Assembly (NCBI GenBank): GCA_038824665.1
Contig: JAWBBK010000001.1
Span: forward strand, 288,001-352,000
Source: Acidilobaceae archaeon
Lineage (GTDB): Archaea > Thermoproteota > Thermoprotei_A > Sulfolobales > Acidilobaceae
Direction: 5' to 3'
Length of the DNA stretch: 64,000 nucleotides
The notes under the pieces are model-generated. The model was not told the origin of the DNA, ran no database searches, and saw only the letters and a program-made list of their open reading frames with translations. How positions within the stretch are numbered: position 1 is the stretch's first letter; every line of letters starts with the position of its first letter. This document shows positions 50,532 through 60,225 of the stretch, piece after piece. The position numbers and the translations under genes were made by a program.

Positions 50532-51738
50532 CTCTTTCGGTCTGAACCTGCTAGAGGCTAGGAGGGTTGAGAAAGACACGTACTACATATACATAGGTCC
50601 TCAGCATCCCGGTTCTGGTCATATGAGACTCAAGGTCAGACTTGACGGGGATGTGATTGTTAGCGTAGATCCAGATGTAGGATATGTTCACAGAGGTGTT
50701 GAAAAGCTAGCTGAAACAAGAGAGTGGATAAAAAACATACCGCTGTTCGAGAGAGTCAATATAATAGATGCTTGTAACGTAACGCTCCCTTACGTCAGAG
50801 CCATAGAGGCTTTGGCAGGTCTAGCTCCTACGTACAAGGCTAGCGTCCTCAGAACTGCTCTTTGTGAGATAAATAGAATATCGTCTCATCTTTACGGCAT
50901 AGGCATTTTGGGAGTGTTCATCGGACATTCTACTACGTATATGTGGTGCTTCGCTGACAGAGAGGTTTTCGTAAAGCTGGCAGAGGAGTTGACAGGGTCT
51001 AGACTCACTCACACTTACAACATCCCTGGAGGGGTCAGAAGAGATGCCCCTGCAGACTTTCCAGAACTTCTCAGAAAGGTCTCGAAATACATGAGAAGGA
51101 GACTTGACGACTACAAGAAGTTCATCTTGAACAATCCTGTCGTGAGAAATAGAATGGAGGGAGTAGGAGTCATATCTAAAAGCAAGGCAGTAGAGCTAGG
51201 CATTACAGGTCCCAATCTAAGAGGAAGTGGCGTAGCATACGATGTGAGGCTAGCTGAGCCTTACGAGGTCTATGCAGAACTCTCTTTTGAGATACCGGTA
51301 GCTATCGAGGGCGATGCTCTAGCCAGAACTTATGTGAGGCTAGCTGAGATAGAGCAGAGTCTGTACATACTGGAACAGCTTGCATCAATCCTAGAGAAGC
51401 TTAGAAACGAGTCTGTGCTTTCCAAAGATGTTCTTGCAAGGCTTCCCAAAAGCTATAGAGAGGCCTATGAGCAAAGAGGGATAGTAAAGCTCCTTCCGAC
51501 CACTATATCAATGAAAGTGCCTTCGGGTAGAGCTGTTTCTAGAGGTGAATCAGGTAGAGGGGAGATCTTCTATTACGTTGAAAGCAAAGGAGGAGAAAAG
51601 CCTTATAGGGTAAGATTGGTCACTCCTTCTTTCAGAAACCTAATTGCATTCAAATATGTGGTTCCTGGACACAGATTGATGGATTTGCCAACGATCTACG
51701 GCAGCCTCGATTACTTCCCTCCAGAGGCCGACAGATGA
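50521..51738 (+). CDS. nuoD: Complex I-like subunit D
   Basis: GPQHP, GYVHRG.EK, E.NRI.SH, PGGV, GP.LRGSG, C-terminal E.DR; no NiFe CxxC. Confidence 0.93.
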   Translation: MRFSSFGLNLLEARRVEKDTYYIYIGPQHPGSGHMRLKVRLDGDVIVSVDPDVGYVHRGVEKLAETREWIKNIPLFERVNIIDACNVTLPYVRAIEALAGLAPTYKASVLRTALCEINRISSHLYGIGILGVFIGHSTTYMWCFADREVFVKLAEELTGSRLTHTYNIPGGVRRDAPADFPELLRKVSKYMRRRLDDYKKFILNNPVVRNRMEGVGVISKSKAVELGITGPNLRGSGVAYDVRLAEPYEVYAELSFEIPVAIEGDALARTYVRLAEIEQSLYILEQLASILEKLRNESVLSKDVLARLPKSYREAYEQRGIVKLLPTTISMKVPSGRAVSRGESGRGEIFYYVESKGGEKPYRVRLVTPSFRNLIAFKYVVPGHRLMDLPTIYGSLDYFPPEADR

Positions 51739-52745
51739 TGTACGAGTTAGTAGGCGTTTTCTGGAACGTCATTGTTGTCGGACTGACAGGATCTGCTGTG
51801 CTTTCAGCTCTAACCATATGGTTTGAGAGGAAGGCTACAGCTAGAGTTCAAAGAAGAGTAGGTCCTCTATGGATCAGCAGACCTATCGGAGGACTCCTTC
51901 AGCCACTTGCAGACCTGGTCAGGATAGCTTTTCAAACTCCGGTGATCCCTCGCGAAGCTCACGTTGCAGTCTTCGTCTTACTTCCTATTCTGAGCTTCGT
52001 AACCTCTATCTTCCCGCTCTTCGTCTTACCTATGACTAGCGTTGAGGTCTATGCTCCTCTGAGTTCTACCGATTTCACTCTTCTTCTAGCCGTAGCTATA
52101 ATGGTACTGTCGTCTCTAACAATAATCGCAATGGGGTGGGCTAGCGGAAACAAATTTGCCATGATCGGCAGTCTAAGAGAATCTTATATTTTGATCACTT
52201 ATGAGGTTTTGATATTAGCATCAGTGATCACAGCGATCGCTCTGGTCGGCTCTTTCGACGCTATAGAAGTGGTTGAGTTCCAAAAACGTTATCTCTGGCT
52301 AGTGCTCCTCAACCCTCTAGGGTTTTTAATTCTCCTCTTGGCCATTATGCTGGCCTCCTCAACTTTCCCCTTTGAGATTGCAGAGTCTGAGTCCGAAGTG
52401 GTGGCAGGTCCTTACACAGAGTTCAGCGGATTACTCTACGTGTTCTCTATGGCTAGCGTATACGTTAAGCGCTATACATACTCGATCATAACATCGATAG
52501 TTTATCTTGGAGGGTGGACACCTCTTGAGCCTCAAGAAGGGCTTTTATCGGGCTTGGTAATGCCAACACTTGTAGTAATTGCTAAAGCTGTCCCCATAAT
52601 GTTTTTGATGAGCTTCATGAGATCAGTTTATGGAAGGTTAAGACTAGATCAAGCTTTAGACTTGGCTTGGCGTGTTCTTGTCCCTCTAGCTCTGGTAGCG
52701 ATAGCTTGGTCGATCTTTCTGCGCTTTATTCTAAGAGGTGTATAG
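51735..52745 (+). CDS. nuoH: Complex I-like subunit H
   Basis: ERK..A..Q.R.GP, G.LQPLAD, PFEIAESESE, TEFSG, RLRLDQ. Confidence 0.93.
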   Translation: MMYELVGVFWNVIVVGLTGSAVLSALTIWFERKATARVQRRVGPLWISRPIGGLLQPLADLVRIAFQTPVIPREAHVAVFVLLPILSFVTSIFPLFVLPMTSVEVYAPLSSTDFTLLLAVAIMVLSSLTIIAMGWASGNKFAMIGSLRESYILITYEVLILASVITAIALVGSFDAIEVVEFQKRYLWLVLLNPLGFLILLLAIMLASSTFPFEIAESESEVVAGPYTEFSGLLYVFSMASVYVKRYTYSIITSIVYLGGWTPLEPQEGLLSGLVMPTLVVIAKAVPIMFLMSFMRSVYGRLRLDQALDLAWRVLVPLALVAIAWSIFLRFILRGV

Positions 52746-52747
52746 CT

Positions 52748-53260
52748 ATGATTAAGGTTAGACGCCTAAATAGAGACAGACAGAGCTTCTTAAAGAGTAT
52801 AGCCTCTAGCATTAGCGTCTTAATTCTAGGGCTTAAGTACCTGTTCTTCTCTTCTAGGTTCACTATCTTATATCCTGAGGAAAGGCCGGTTCATAGCTTC
52901 GGTTTCAGAGGTTATGTGCTTCTCGAGCTGACTAAATGCATTGGATGTAAAAGTTGCGAGAGAATCTGTCCAGCTAGCGCTATCGAGATGATGTCTGTAG
53001 CTGTAGACGAGAGAAGAGTAAGGTTAGCACCTCGGATCAATTACCAAAGGTGTATATTTTGTGGACTGTGTGTCGATGTATGTCCTGTAGAAGCTCTAAG
53101 TCATGCAAACAGGTTAGACCAGGTTTATGAAGGACTTGAAGAGATGGTTGTGAACCCAGGGGATAGTCCACTACGTCTATCTGAAGAAGGAGAGCCTAGC
53201 GTTCTCGTAGTTGATGAAAAAACAGGACTGGTTAAGGTGAGAGCTAAGTGGAGGCAGTGA
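52748..53260 (+). CDS. nuoI: Complex I-like subunit I
   Basis: YPEE, CIGCKSCERICP, CIFCGLCVDVCP. Confidence 0.93.
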   Translation: MIKVRRLNRDRQSFLKSIASSISVLILGLKYLFFSSRFTILYPEERPVHSFGFRGYVLLELTKCIGCKSCERICPASAIEMMSVAVDERRVRLAPRINYQRCIFCGLCVDVCPVEALSHANRLDQVYEGLEEMVVNPGDSPLRLSEEGEPSVLVVDEKTGLVKVRAKWRQ

Positions 53261-53733
53261 TACTCATAGCGGTTCTCTTAGCGCTTGTCTTGGGGCTCAT
53301 AACAGTGTCTTTAAGAGATCTGGTCTACTCCAGCTTGTCGCTCGCTCTCCTCGGGATAGCAACGGCTTCAGTGTTCGCTCTCCTCGGTTACAAACTTCCC
53401 GCTATATTGGTCATTCTAGTCTATGTTGGCTCAGCAGTGATGCTTCTAGTTGTCTCGGTCTCAATGATAGGCGGCGTTGAGAAAGAACCTAAGAACTTCA
53501 AGCTGGGCGCTACTACAGGTTTGGCAACGTTCGTTCTCTCGTTCATAATCTATTTGGAGTCTCGTGAAGTAGTGTCGAGAGGTCTTTTTGAGATTCGGTA
53601 TGTAGATGTAAGAGTTGTGGCTGAGCGTTTCGTGTCAGAACATCCCTATATAGTAGTCCTTCTAGCTCTGTCTTTGCTAGTTACAGCTATCGAAGGACTT
53701 CTGCTTCTACGATGGTGGGGTGTTAGGAGATGA
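53248..53733 (+). CDS. nuoJ: Complex I-like subunit J
   Basis: LVYVGSAVML motif, hydrophobic, operon position. Confidence 0.85.
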   Translation: MEAVILIAVLLALVLGLITVSLRDLVYSSLSLALLGIATASVFALLGYKLPAILVILVYVGSAVMLLVVSVSMIGGVEKEPKNFKLGATTGLATFVLSFIIYLESREVVSRGLFEIRYVDVRVVAERFVSEHPYIVVLLALSLLVTAIEGLLLLRWWGVRR

Positions 53734-54023
53734 TAGACCATGTTGTAGCTTTTGTTGGATGTGTGTTGCTGGGTCTCGGAGCCTTTGGGCTAACTAGTTC
53801 AAACAATTTAGTGAAACAGCTCATCTCAATCGAGGTTGCTTTTAACGGAGCGCTGTTTTTAGTAGCGGCCTTTCTCAGTGGCAAGCCTGACTTCGCTACT
53901 CTCCTCCTCGTTTTGCTGGCTATAGTATCGACCAACGAGACCATAGTGCTTCTACTTCTCATCCTAGTTTATTACAGTCATGAAGGAACGCTTTCGGTAG
54001 GTGGTGAGAGCACATGGAAATAA
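53730..54023 (+). CDS. nuoK: Complex I-like subunit K
   Basis: N....LISIE..FN, three TM, second Glu retained. Confidence 0.85.
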   Translation: MIDHVVAFVGCVLLGLGAFGLTSSNNLVKQLISIEVAFNGALFLVAAFLSGKPDFATLLLVLLAIVSTNETIVLLLLILVYYSHEGTLSVGGESTWK

Positions 54024-55582
54024 TCTCTTTACCTCTTCCTCTCTTCTGGCTTTCTCTCCTAGTGCCCCCTGTTATAGCCATGTTGATGGAGTTCCTGAGA
54101 TGGAGAGATGAAGTCCAGATCAGAGCTTTGGCATACATCTCCGCTCTGTTTCTAGCCATACCAAGCTTCATCTCGTTCTGGTACCTCTACATCAAAGGCT
54201 ACAGAGTCGTATATGACCCTCTCTTTATAGACCTGAAGGCTCAAGGATTTGGTTCAATGGGTCTCTTGGTAGACCGTTTGTCAGCTCCTATAGTATTTGG
54301 AGTCTCTTTAGTCACGGCTCTGGTCTCAATTTATAGCATCAAGTACATGAGACACAGAATTGAAGAGCTGGAAAGAGAAGGGGTTCAGGCTCATTCTATC
54401 ACAGTTTACTATACGTTCTATCTGGCTTTCGCATCATCAATGCTCGGAGTCGTGATGTCAACTAACATGATCGAACTTTACGTATTTCTCGAGCTCTCTC
54501 TCATTTCGTCCTTCCTACTGATAGCTATCTACGGTTATGGCGATAGAGTTGTGGTGTCTCTTATATATTTCGTTTGGACTCACATCAGTAGCTCTCTAAT
54601 ACTTTTAGGAGTGCTTTACTTTGGGCTGAACGTAGGTTCTTTCGATATCATCGATATCTCTACGTTATCCTACGTTACAGCATACTCTGAAGTCGAGCTG
54701 AAAGGTTTGGCAATGCTGGTTCCAATACTTTTCGTTCTGGGGTTGCTGATCAAGTTAGCGGCATTTGGGGTTCATGTCTGGCTTCCCTATGCTCATGCGG
54801 AAGCTCCCACTCCGGTCTCCGCTCTCTTATCGCCTAACATGGTCGGGCTAGCTGGTTATCTCCTGGTCAGGCCCGGTCTCCTGCTCTTGGGTGGAGCGTT
54901 AGAGACTTTGAGCACAATTCTCATAGCTGTTGCTTTCATCAGCATAGTGTTTGGCGGGCTATTAGCGCTTGGAGAGAACGACACGAAGAGGCTTTTAGCT
55001 TATTCGAGCGTAAGCCAGATGGGCTACATCCTTTTAGGCATAACGACTCTAACAGACTACGGAATCGCTGGAGCAATGCTACATTACTTAACTCACGCTA
55101 TAGGAAAGGCGATTCTGTTCATGATAGCCGGGATCTTAATAATGGAACTCCACGGACTTAGAAACATAGACAGAGCTGGAGGCCTGGCGAAGATCTATCC
55201 AATCACGTCAAGTCTAGCGGTCTACGGGTTTATACACCTAATTGGTATGCCTCCCGCTATGGGTCTTTGGAGCAAGCTCCTGATATTCTTTGGCTTGGTT
55301 AAAGCGTATTGGGAGTCTCCTGCCAAATTAGCAGCTATAGCGGTTATAGCCTGTCTGAGTTTTTTAGTTACGGTCTTCTACGCTACATCAGCTCTCTCTA
55401 GACTCTTCTTTGGAGAGCTGAAAGAACACTGGGATCATGAGGAGGAACTAGACGAACCGAAGGCATCTATATTAGTTTTAGCGTTAAGTGGGTTACTCTT
55501 CTTCCTCTTCGCCATCTTGGCCTCCGGACCTCTAGTTGAAGCATCTCATGAGCTTCTAAAAGCAGGAGGTGTAATGAGATAG
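54014..55582 (+). CDS. nuoM: Complex I-like antiporter subunit M
   Basis: YVFLE, IK....HVWLP.AHAEAPT..SALL, KRLLAYSSVSQMG. Confidence 0.88.
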   Translation: MEIISLPLPLFWLSLLVPPVIAMLMEFLRWRDEVQIRALAYISALFLAIPSFISFWYLYIKGYRVVYDPLFIDLKAQGFGSMGLLVDRLSAPIVFGVSLVTALVSIYSIKYMRHRIEELEREGVQAHSITVYYTFYLAFASSMLGVVMSTNMIELYVFLELSLISSFLLIAIYGYGDRVVVSLIYFVWTHISSSLILLGVLYFGLNVGSFDIIDISTLSYVTAYSEVELKGLAMLVPILFVLGLLIKLAAFGVHVWLPYAHAEAPTPVSALLSPNMVGLAGYLLVRPGLLLLGGALETLSTILIAVAFISIVFGGLLALGENDTKRLLAYSSVSQMGYILLGITTLTDYGIAGAMLHYLTHAIGKAILFMIAGILIMELHGLRNIDRAGGLAKIYPITSSLAVYGFIHLIGMPPAMGLWSKLLIFFGLVKAYWESPAKLAAIAVIACLSFLVTVFYATSALSRLFFGELKEHWDHEEELDEPKASILVLALSGLLFFLFAILASGPLVEASHELLKAGGVMR

Positions 55583-57825
55583 TGAAAGAGATTGTGCTAG
55601 CTCATCTAGCCTGGTTAGCTCCTATCATAGGCTCGACAATAGCTCTTGCAGGTTTACTTATCAAGATCAGGACCGAACGATTCTATTCACTCATAACATC
55701 GTTAAGTATTCTGATATCGGCTCTAGTTTCTACCTATTTGGCGACTCTTGTTCTAACTGGTGGAAAGCCGATCTTGGTTCCTGGTGTGACACTTCTTGAA
55801 GACTACGAGATCTCTCTCACTATGAGAGTTGACGGCGTCTCTGTCGTTATAGCCCTTATAGCTTCGTGGCTGAGCTTCATTATTTCTATTTACAGTATAG
55901 AGTACATGAAAGAGGAAAGAGGCTATGGGAGGTTCTTTGCTCTCCTATCACTATTTGTTGGAGGCATGATGTTGCTCGTCTTAGCCGACAGCTTGGTGAC
56001 TATGTTCGTAGGGTGGAAGATAACCGGGCTTTGTAGCTATGCGTTGATAAGCTTCTGGTATGAAAACCCTCCAGATAAGTGGGTGGGTAGACCAGGAAGA
56101 TATAGACTCGGTTTTCCTATGTTCTTCTCGCCCACAGAGAGCGGGGTTCGGGCGCTAGCTTTCACCATGGCTGGAGACGCATGGCTCATGACGGGGATAG
56201 CGGCTCTAGCGTACCTAACGGGAACCACGAGTTTGACCGAACTCTCCATAGGCTCTTGGATGTCAGGACTAGCAGAAGCGGGACTGCTAGTCCCTATACT
56301 ACTTTTCATTGTCATAGGGGCTCTAGCCAAAAGCGCTCAGTTTCCATTTCACGAATGGCTTCTGACAGCTATGACAGCTCCCACTCCGGTCTCGGCGCTG
56401 ATACATGCAGCTACTATGGTGAATGCAGGGGTCTACCTGTTTCTCAGAATAGTTCTCATTACAATAGAAGCTACAGCAAGAGAGGAGACGCTGAACGTTT
56501 TAGCTGGGGAGCTCTCTATCCTCTATTCACTTGTTCTTGTAATAAGCATACTTACTTCTATCTTCACGTCGCTGATAGCGTTAGCGGCTGACGAGCTTAA
56601 GGTAGTGCTGGCGGCGTCTACATCAAGTCAGTTAGGACTCATGTTTTCTTCGGCTAGCGTTGGCGGACTGTTGGCTATCAAAGGACGGCTGGACGAGGCT
56701 CAGCTCGCCTGTTTTGCTTCACTTCTTCATCTAGCCAGCCACGCTATATTTAAAGCGTCTCTCTTTTTGGCTTCAGGCTGGATCATACACTCGTCGCATA
56801 GCAGATTCCTAGACGGAATGAGAGGAGTTCTAAACAAGTCTAAGATCACAACGATAGCTTATGTTCTGGCTAGCGCTAGCTTGGCTGGAATACCTCCGAC
56901 TCTCGGATTCTTCAGCAAAGACGTGATCTTCCACGTTTTAAAGTTGGAAAGTTCGTCCCTTCTGTTCGTAGTCCTCTTCAGCTCAGCTATTACGTCTTTG
57001 TACGTAGGAAGAACTCTAGGATTGCTTCTGGGAAAAGCTAGCGACCAACATATAGATAAACATCACGAAGAAGGAAGACCTCTATTCATGATTACAGCTT
57101 ACTCATTCTTAGCCATCTTATCTTTAGCTCTCGGAACGCTCTGGCCTCTTTCCAGCAGGTTCATGATTACAGCTCTAGTCAGTTCTCAGACCAACGGATG
57201 TTGTATTAGACCTCATCTTAGTCTAGAACTCGCCACACTTTCGACAGCTCTCAGTGGAACACTTGTTTTGCTAGCAGCAGTACAAAGCTTTAGAGGTATC
57301 AAGGTCTTTCAGAAAGTCTTTTCAAGAGCTATTATTAGAAAGCTCTACGAGGTAGTTTATGACAGGTTTTTAGTTAGTCCACTTATTTACGCTCTTGTGG
57401 GAACTCTAGGCCGTAGCTTTTCTCTAGTAGCTGGGCTGCTACACAACTTTGTAGCCTATCCTACTCTTACTTTAATTATATGTCTTACAGAGTTTGGAAG
57501 AATTAAGATATCTGGAGCTTTAGTAGATAGATCAACAACCAAAATGAACAGATTTTTAAATTCCTTATATAAGCTTCATTCAAAGAGCACGCTGTTGTCA
57601 GGTCGAGAAGCCGTTTGTCTAATGTTTTCTTGTGTTGATATCCACAATGTCCACCTTAGGCTAGACAGGACATATCATAGTATGCTCGTATCTCTCGCTA
57701 GAACGTCAAGTGGCGTTCTCAGGTCGTTAGTTCAAAGAGGCGACTCTCCTTATTTGGTTGGAGCATATATTCTGTCGGTCCTGGCGATAGTCATAGTTCT
57801 TCTAGTGATAGTCATAGACCTTTAG
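55582..57825 (+). CDS. nuoL: Complex I-like antiporter subunit L (extended C-terminal helix)
   Basis: AKSAQFP...WL..AM.APTPVSALIHAATMV, STSSQLG, HAIFKA, GFFSKD. Confidence 0.9.
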   Translation: MKEIVLAHLAWLAPIIGSTIALAGLLIKIRTERFYSLITSLSILISALVSTYLATLVLTGGKPILVPGVTLLEDYEISLTMRVDGVSVVIALIASWLSFIISIYSIEYMKEERGYGRFFALLSLFVGGMMLLVLADSLVTMFVGWKITGLCSYALISFWYENPPDKWVGRPGRYRLGFPMFFSPTESGVRALAFTMAGDAWLMTGIAALAYLTGTTSLTELSIGSWMSGLAEAGLLVPILLFIVIGALAKSAQFPFHEWLLTAMTAPTPVSALIHAATMVNAGVYLFLRIVLITIEATAREETLNVLAGELSILYSLVLVISILTSIFTSLIALAADELKVVLAASTSSQLGLMFSSASVGGLLAIKGRLDEAQLACFASLLHLASHAIFKASLFLASGWIIHSSHSRFLDGMRGVLNKSKITTIAYVLASASLAGIPPTLGFFSKDVIFHVLKLESSSLLFVVLFSSAITSLYVGRTLGLLLGKASDQHIDKHHEEGRPLFMITAYSFLAILSLALGTLWPLSSRFMITALVSSQTNGCCIRPHLSLELATLSTALSGTLVLLAAVQSFRGIKVFQKVFSRAIIRKLYEVVYDRFLVSPLIYALVGTLGRSFSLVAGLLHNFVAYPTLTLIICLTEFGRIKISGALVDRSTTKMNRFLNSLYKLHSKSTLLSGREAVCLMFSCVDIHNVHLRLDRTYHSMLVSLARTSSGVLRSLVQRGDSPYLVGAYILSVLAIVIVLLVIVIDL

Positions 57826-57838
57826 GAGGTATGTCGTT

Positions 57839-59179
57839 ATGAAAGAGCTACTACTTGTAGTCATATACGCTAATATTGCGTTTTCTCTAGCAGTGCCTCT
57901 TCTAAGTCATTTCAGCTCGAGATCAACAGTCTTGTGGACGGCTTCCATTCTACCTCAAGCGGCCACTCTTGCCTTTCTCTTCACAATTATAGCATTGGGA
58001 ATCGACACAAAGGTTGGAGCACTGAACTTTGAAAGAAGCTATGTTCTCCTGGCCGCGTCAACTGCTCTCGGTTGCGTCATCTCAACTCTAGCTATAGGAC
58101 TTTCAGCGTACGTTTGGCTAAGTCATCCTGGCATTTATAGCTTGTTGCCGTTAACACTCTTCGGATTGGTATATCTAGCTATGAGGTCCAACCAGTTAAC
58201 GCTCTTAGCCGCATGGCTTCTGATCGCGATATCCAGCTATGTCATAATTGCCCTTCCTGGAGACAGGGCTAGCGTAAGAGCTGCAACAATGTACGGAATT
58301 GTCGGAATGTTGTCAACGCTTCTGCTGATCTTAGGGATCTCGCTGAGCGTTCTCTTAGCTGAATCAGGAGGAGAACTTCTCTCCTTAGCTGCTTCTGGAA
58401 CGTTCATTGCAGCTTTTGGTCTCAAGCTAGGACTCTTCCCTTTCCATTGGTGGATACCTCAGGTCTATGGAAAAGCTGACGGAAGACCTATTGCAGTCCT
58501 AGCTAGTGCCTATAAACCAGCAGTAGCGGCTGCTTTGCTCTATGTCTTCTCAGAAGTGATCCCCCAAACCGTGGCATCCCACATGTCCTATGTCCTTCTC
58601 TTGTTAGGCCTAGCTAGCATTACTTACGGCAATGTAGCGGCTTTCGTTGCTTCAGGGCTTCCTGATCTTCTGGCTTTCAGCAGCATCGCTCATGCTGGGT
58701 ACATGGTTGTAGCTATAGCTACAATCATTGCTGTAGACGAACTAAACATAACTAAGCTAGCTACGGTAGGACTCGTCCTTTTGGCGTTCACAATAGCATC
58801 TACCAAGCCTCCGCTCTTTGTTTTAACGTCGTCGGTGGGAAGGAGCATAAGTGACCTCAGCAAGATTTCATGGAATAACGCGATAGGTGCTTCAATAGTT
58901 CTGCTGACTCTGAGTCTGTTAGGCATACCTCCTCTGTTGGGGTTCTGGGGCAAGCTACTGATAGTAATGGCTGTGGTTAGCTTATCACCTTTAGCTGCAG
59001 CTGTGATTCTAATTAACATAGCAACAAGCTCTGTATACTATCTGAGACTCGCTTTCTCGGCTTTGAGAAGTAGCGAGGATCGCTTAGAGCTAGAGGCTCC
59101 CTTAAAGTCAGCTCTTGTACTCTCGGCTTTAATAAACGTTCTTGGGCTCATAGCGGCCTTAGCAGTCTATAGTCTTTAA
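57839..59179 (+). CDS. nuoN: Complex I-like antiporter subunit N
   Basis: KLGLFPFH.W.P.VY, LAFSSIAHAGY, SL.GIPP..GFWGK, YYLR. Confidence 0.88.
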   Translation: MKELLLVVIYANIAFSLAVPLLSHFSSRSTVLWTASILPQAATLAFLFTIIALGIDTKVGALNFERSYVLLAASTALGCVISTLAIGLSAYVWLSHPGIYSLLPLTLFGLVYLAMRSNQLTLLAAWLLIAISSYVIIALPGDRASVRAATMYGIVGMLSTLLLILGISLSVLLAESGGELLSLAASGTFIAAFGLKLGLFPFHWWIPQVYGKADGRPIAVLASAYKPAVAAALLYVFSEVIPQTVASHMSYVLLLLGLASITYGNVAAFVASGLPDLLAFSSIAHAGYMVVAIATIIAVDELNITKLATVGLVLLAFTIASTKPPLFVLTSSVGRSISDLSKISWNNAIGASIVLLTLSLLGIPPLLGFWGKLLIVMAVVSLSPLAAAVILINIATSSVYYLRLAFSALRSSEDRLELEAPLKSALVLSALINVLGLIAALAVYSL

Positions 59180-59518
59180 AAGAGCTGTCAGGAAAGTCTT
59201 AGGGTCTTCTAAAAATATCTTGATTAGCCTATCTGAATCGAGTTCAGTTATGTCTATACCTTCCAGCTGAGACAAAGCGCTCTTAATAATATCTCCCAAT
59301 ATATGCTCTATGCATGCTTTATTACCATCACAAAATCGGAAAAGCGAATCTCTGAAACACTCTGGTTTCGTTATGAGAGCTCGAGCTAAATTACATCCAC
59401 ATTTCATATTTGAGATCATCTCAAGCCTTAAGTAGAGTCCAGAATACTTAGTACACATACAGCTCAAAAGGAGAACAGAAACTTTAAGTTTCTTCTCATC
59501 ATCGTTCAAAGTGAGCAT
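59159..59518 (-). CDS. Hypothetical Cys-rich protein (start uncertain)
   Basis: 119 aa ORF with 8 Cys, convergent with nuoN. Confidence 0.45.
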   Translation of the reverse strand: MLTLNDDEKKLKVSVLLLSCMCTKYSGLYLRLEMISNMKCGCNLARALITKPECFRDSLFRFCDGNKACIEHILGDIIKSALSQLEGIDITELDSDRLIKIFLEDPKTFLTALLKTIDC

Positions 59519-59592
59519 CCCTCTGAGCTAAGCTTCTCCTAAACAGGAGTCACGAATGACTATAGTTATGAGCTAGACGAAGCTAAGGAACC

Positions 59593-60225
59593 TCATGATA
59601 AACGGTTTATTAGGCTACGGTCGCGTAGAGAGTTAAGAAAAGTTAAAGCCAGAGAGAGAGCCAGGAGCATTGAAGACAGCATTAGAGCTTCAAACAGCGT
59701 TAGTCGTTCATAATCTAAAGTCTTTCGACTTACTTCTACTTCAATAACTTGAGACGAGGGTCTCGCTATAACTATGAGAACAGTCCCGGCGTCGAGTTCT
59801 TCCGAAAGCAAAACTTCATTTCCATCGGCTCTGATCAGCGTGAGGTTTCCAAGTCTCTTTATAAAACTCACCGCGGTTTCTAGACTGCTTAGCGAGCCCC
59901 AGAAATAAAAGACCCCTCCGCCTACGTCGGTGCGCATTGAGAGGTCTCTGATAGCTTCTGACGTGAGCAAAAGCCTCATAAATTCTCTAGGATCTGTTCT
60001 TACCAAGCCTGTCAAAGCTCCGCTAGCTCCTCTAAGCTCTAGTTTCACCTGTGATTTCGTTGAGATAGAGGAAAAGGCTACTATGACGGCCTCTCCCTGT
60101 TCAGATGTAACCGTTAGCTTGTATGTGCTTTCGAGATCGACTCCGAAGAAGAACGCTATTATACTAGACAGCAGAATAGCTAGAGCTATCACTATGAGCA
60201 GTCTAGAGAGCAGGAAGTGTCTCAT
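59593..60225 (-). CDS. Membrane protein (N- and C-terminal TM, beta-rich middle) linked to the ABC system
   Basis: ATGA overlap with the permease stop; two terminal hydrophobic helices. Confidence 0.7.
   Translation of the reverse strand: MRHFLLSRLLIVIALAILLSSIIAFFFGVDLESTYKLTVTSEQGEAVIVAFSSISTKSQVKLELRGASGALTGLVRTDPREFMRLLLTSEAIRDLSMRTDVGGGVFYFWGSLSSLETAVSFIKRLGNLTLIRADGNEVLLSEELDAGTVLIVIARPSSQVIEVEVSRKTLDYERLTLFEALMLSSMLLALSLALTFLNSLRDRSLINRLS

Noticed and set aside
50521-51738. Group 4 NiFe hydrogenase interpretation of the nuo-like operon
   Set aside because: The large subunit lacks both CxxC motifs and has quinone-site-type GPQHP and terminal E.DR motifs.
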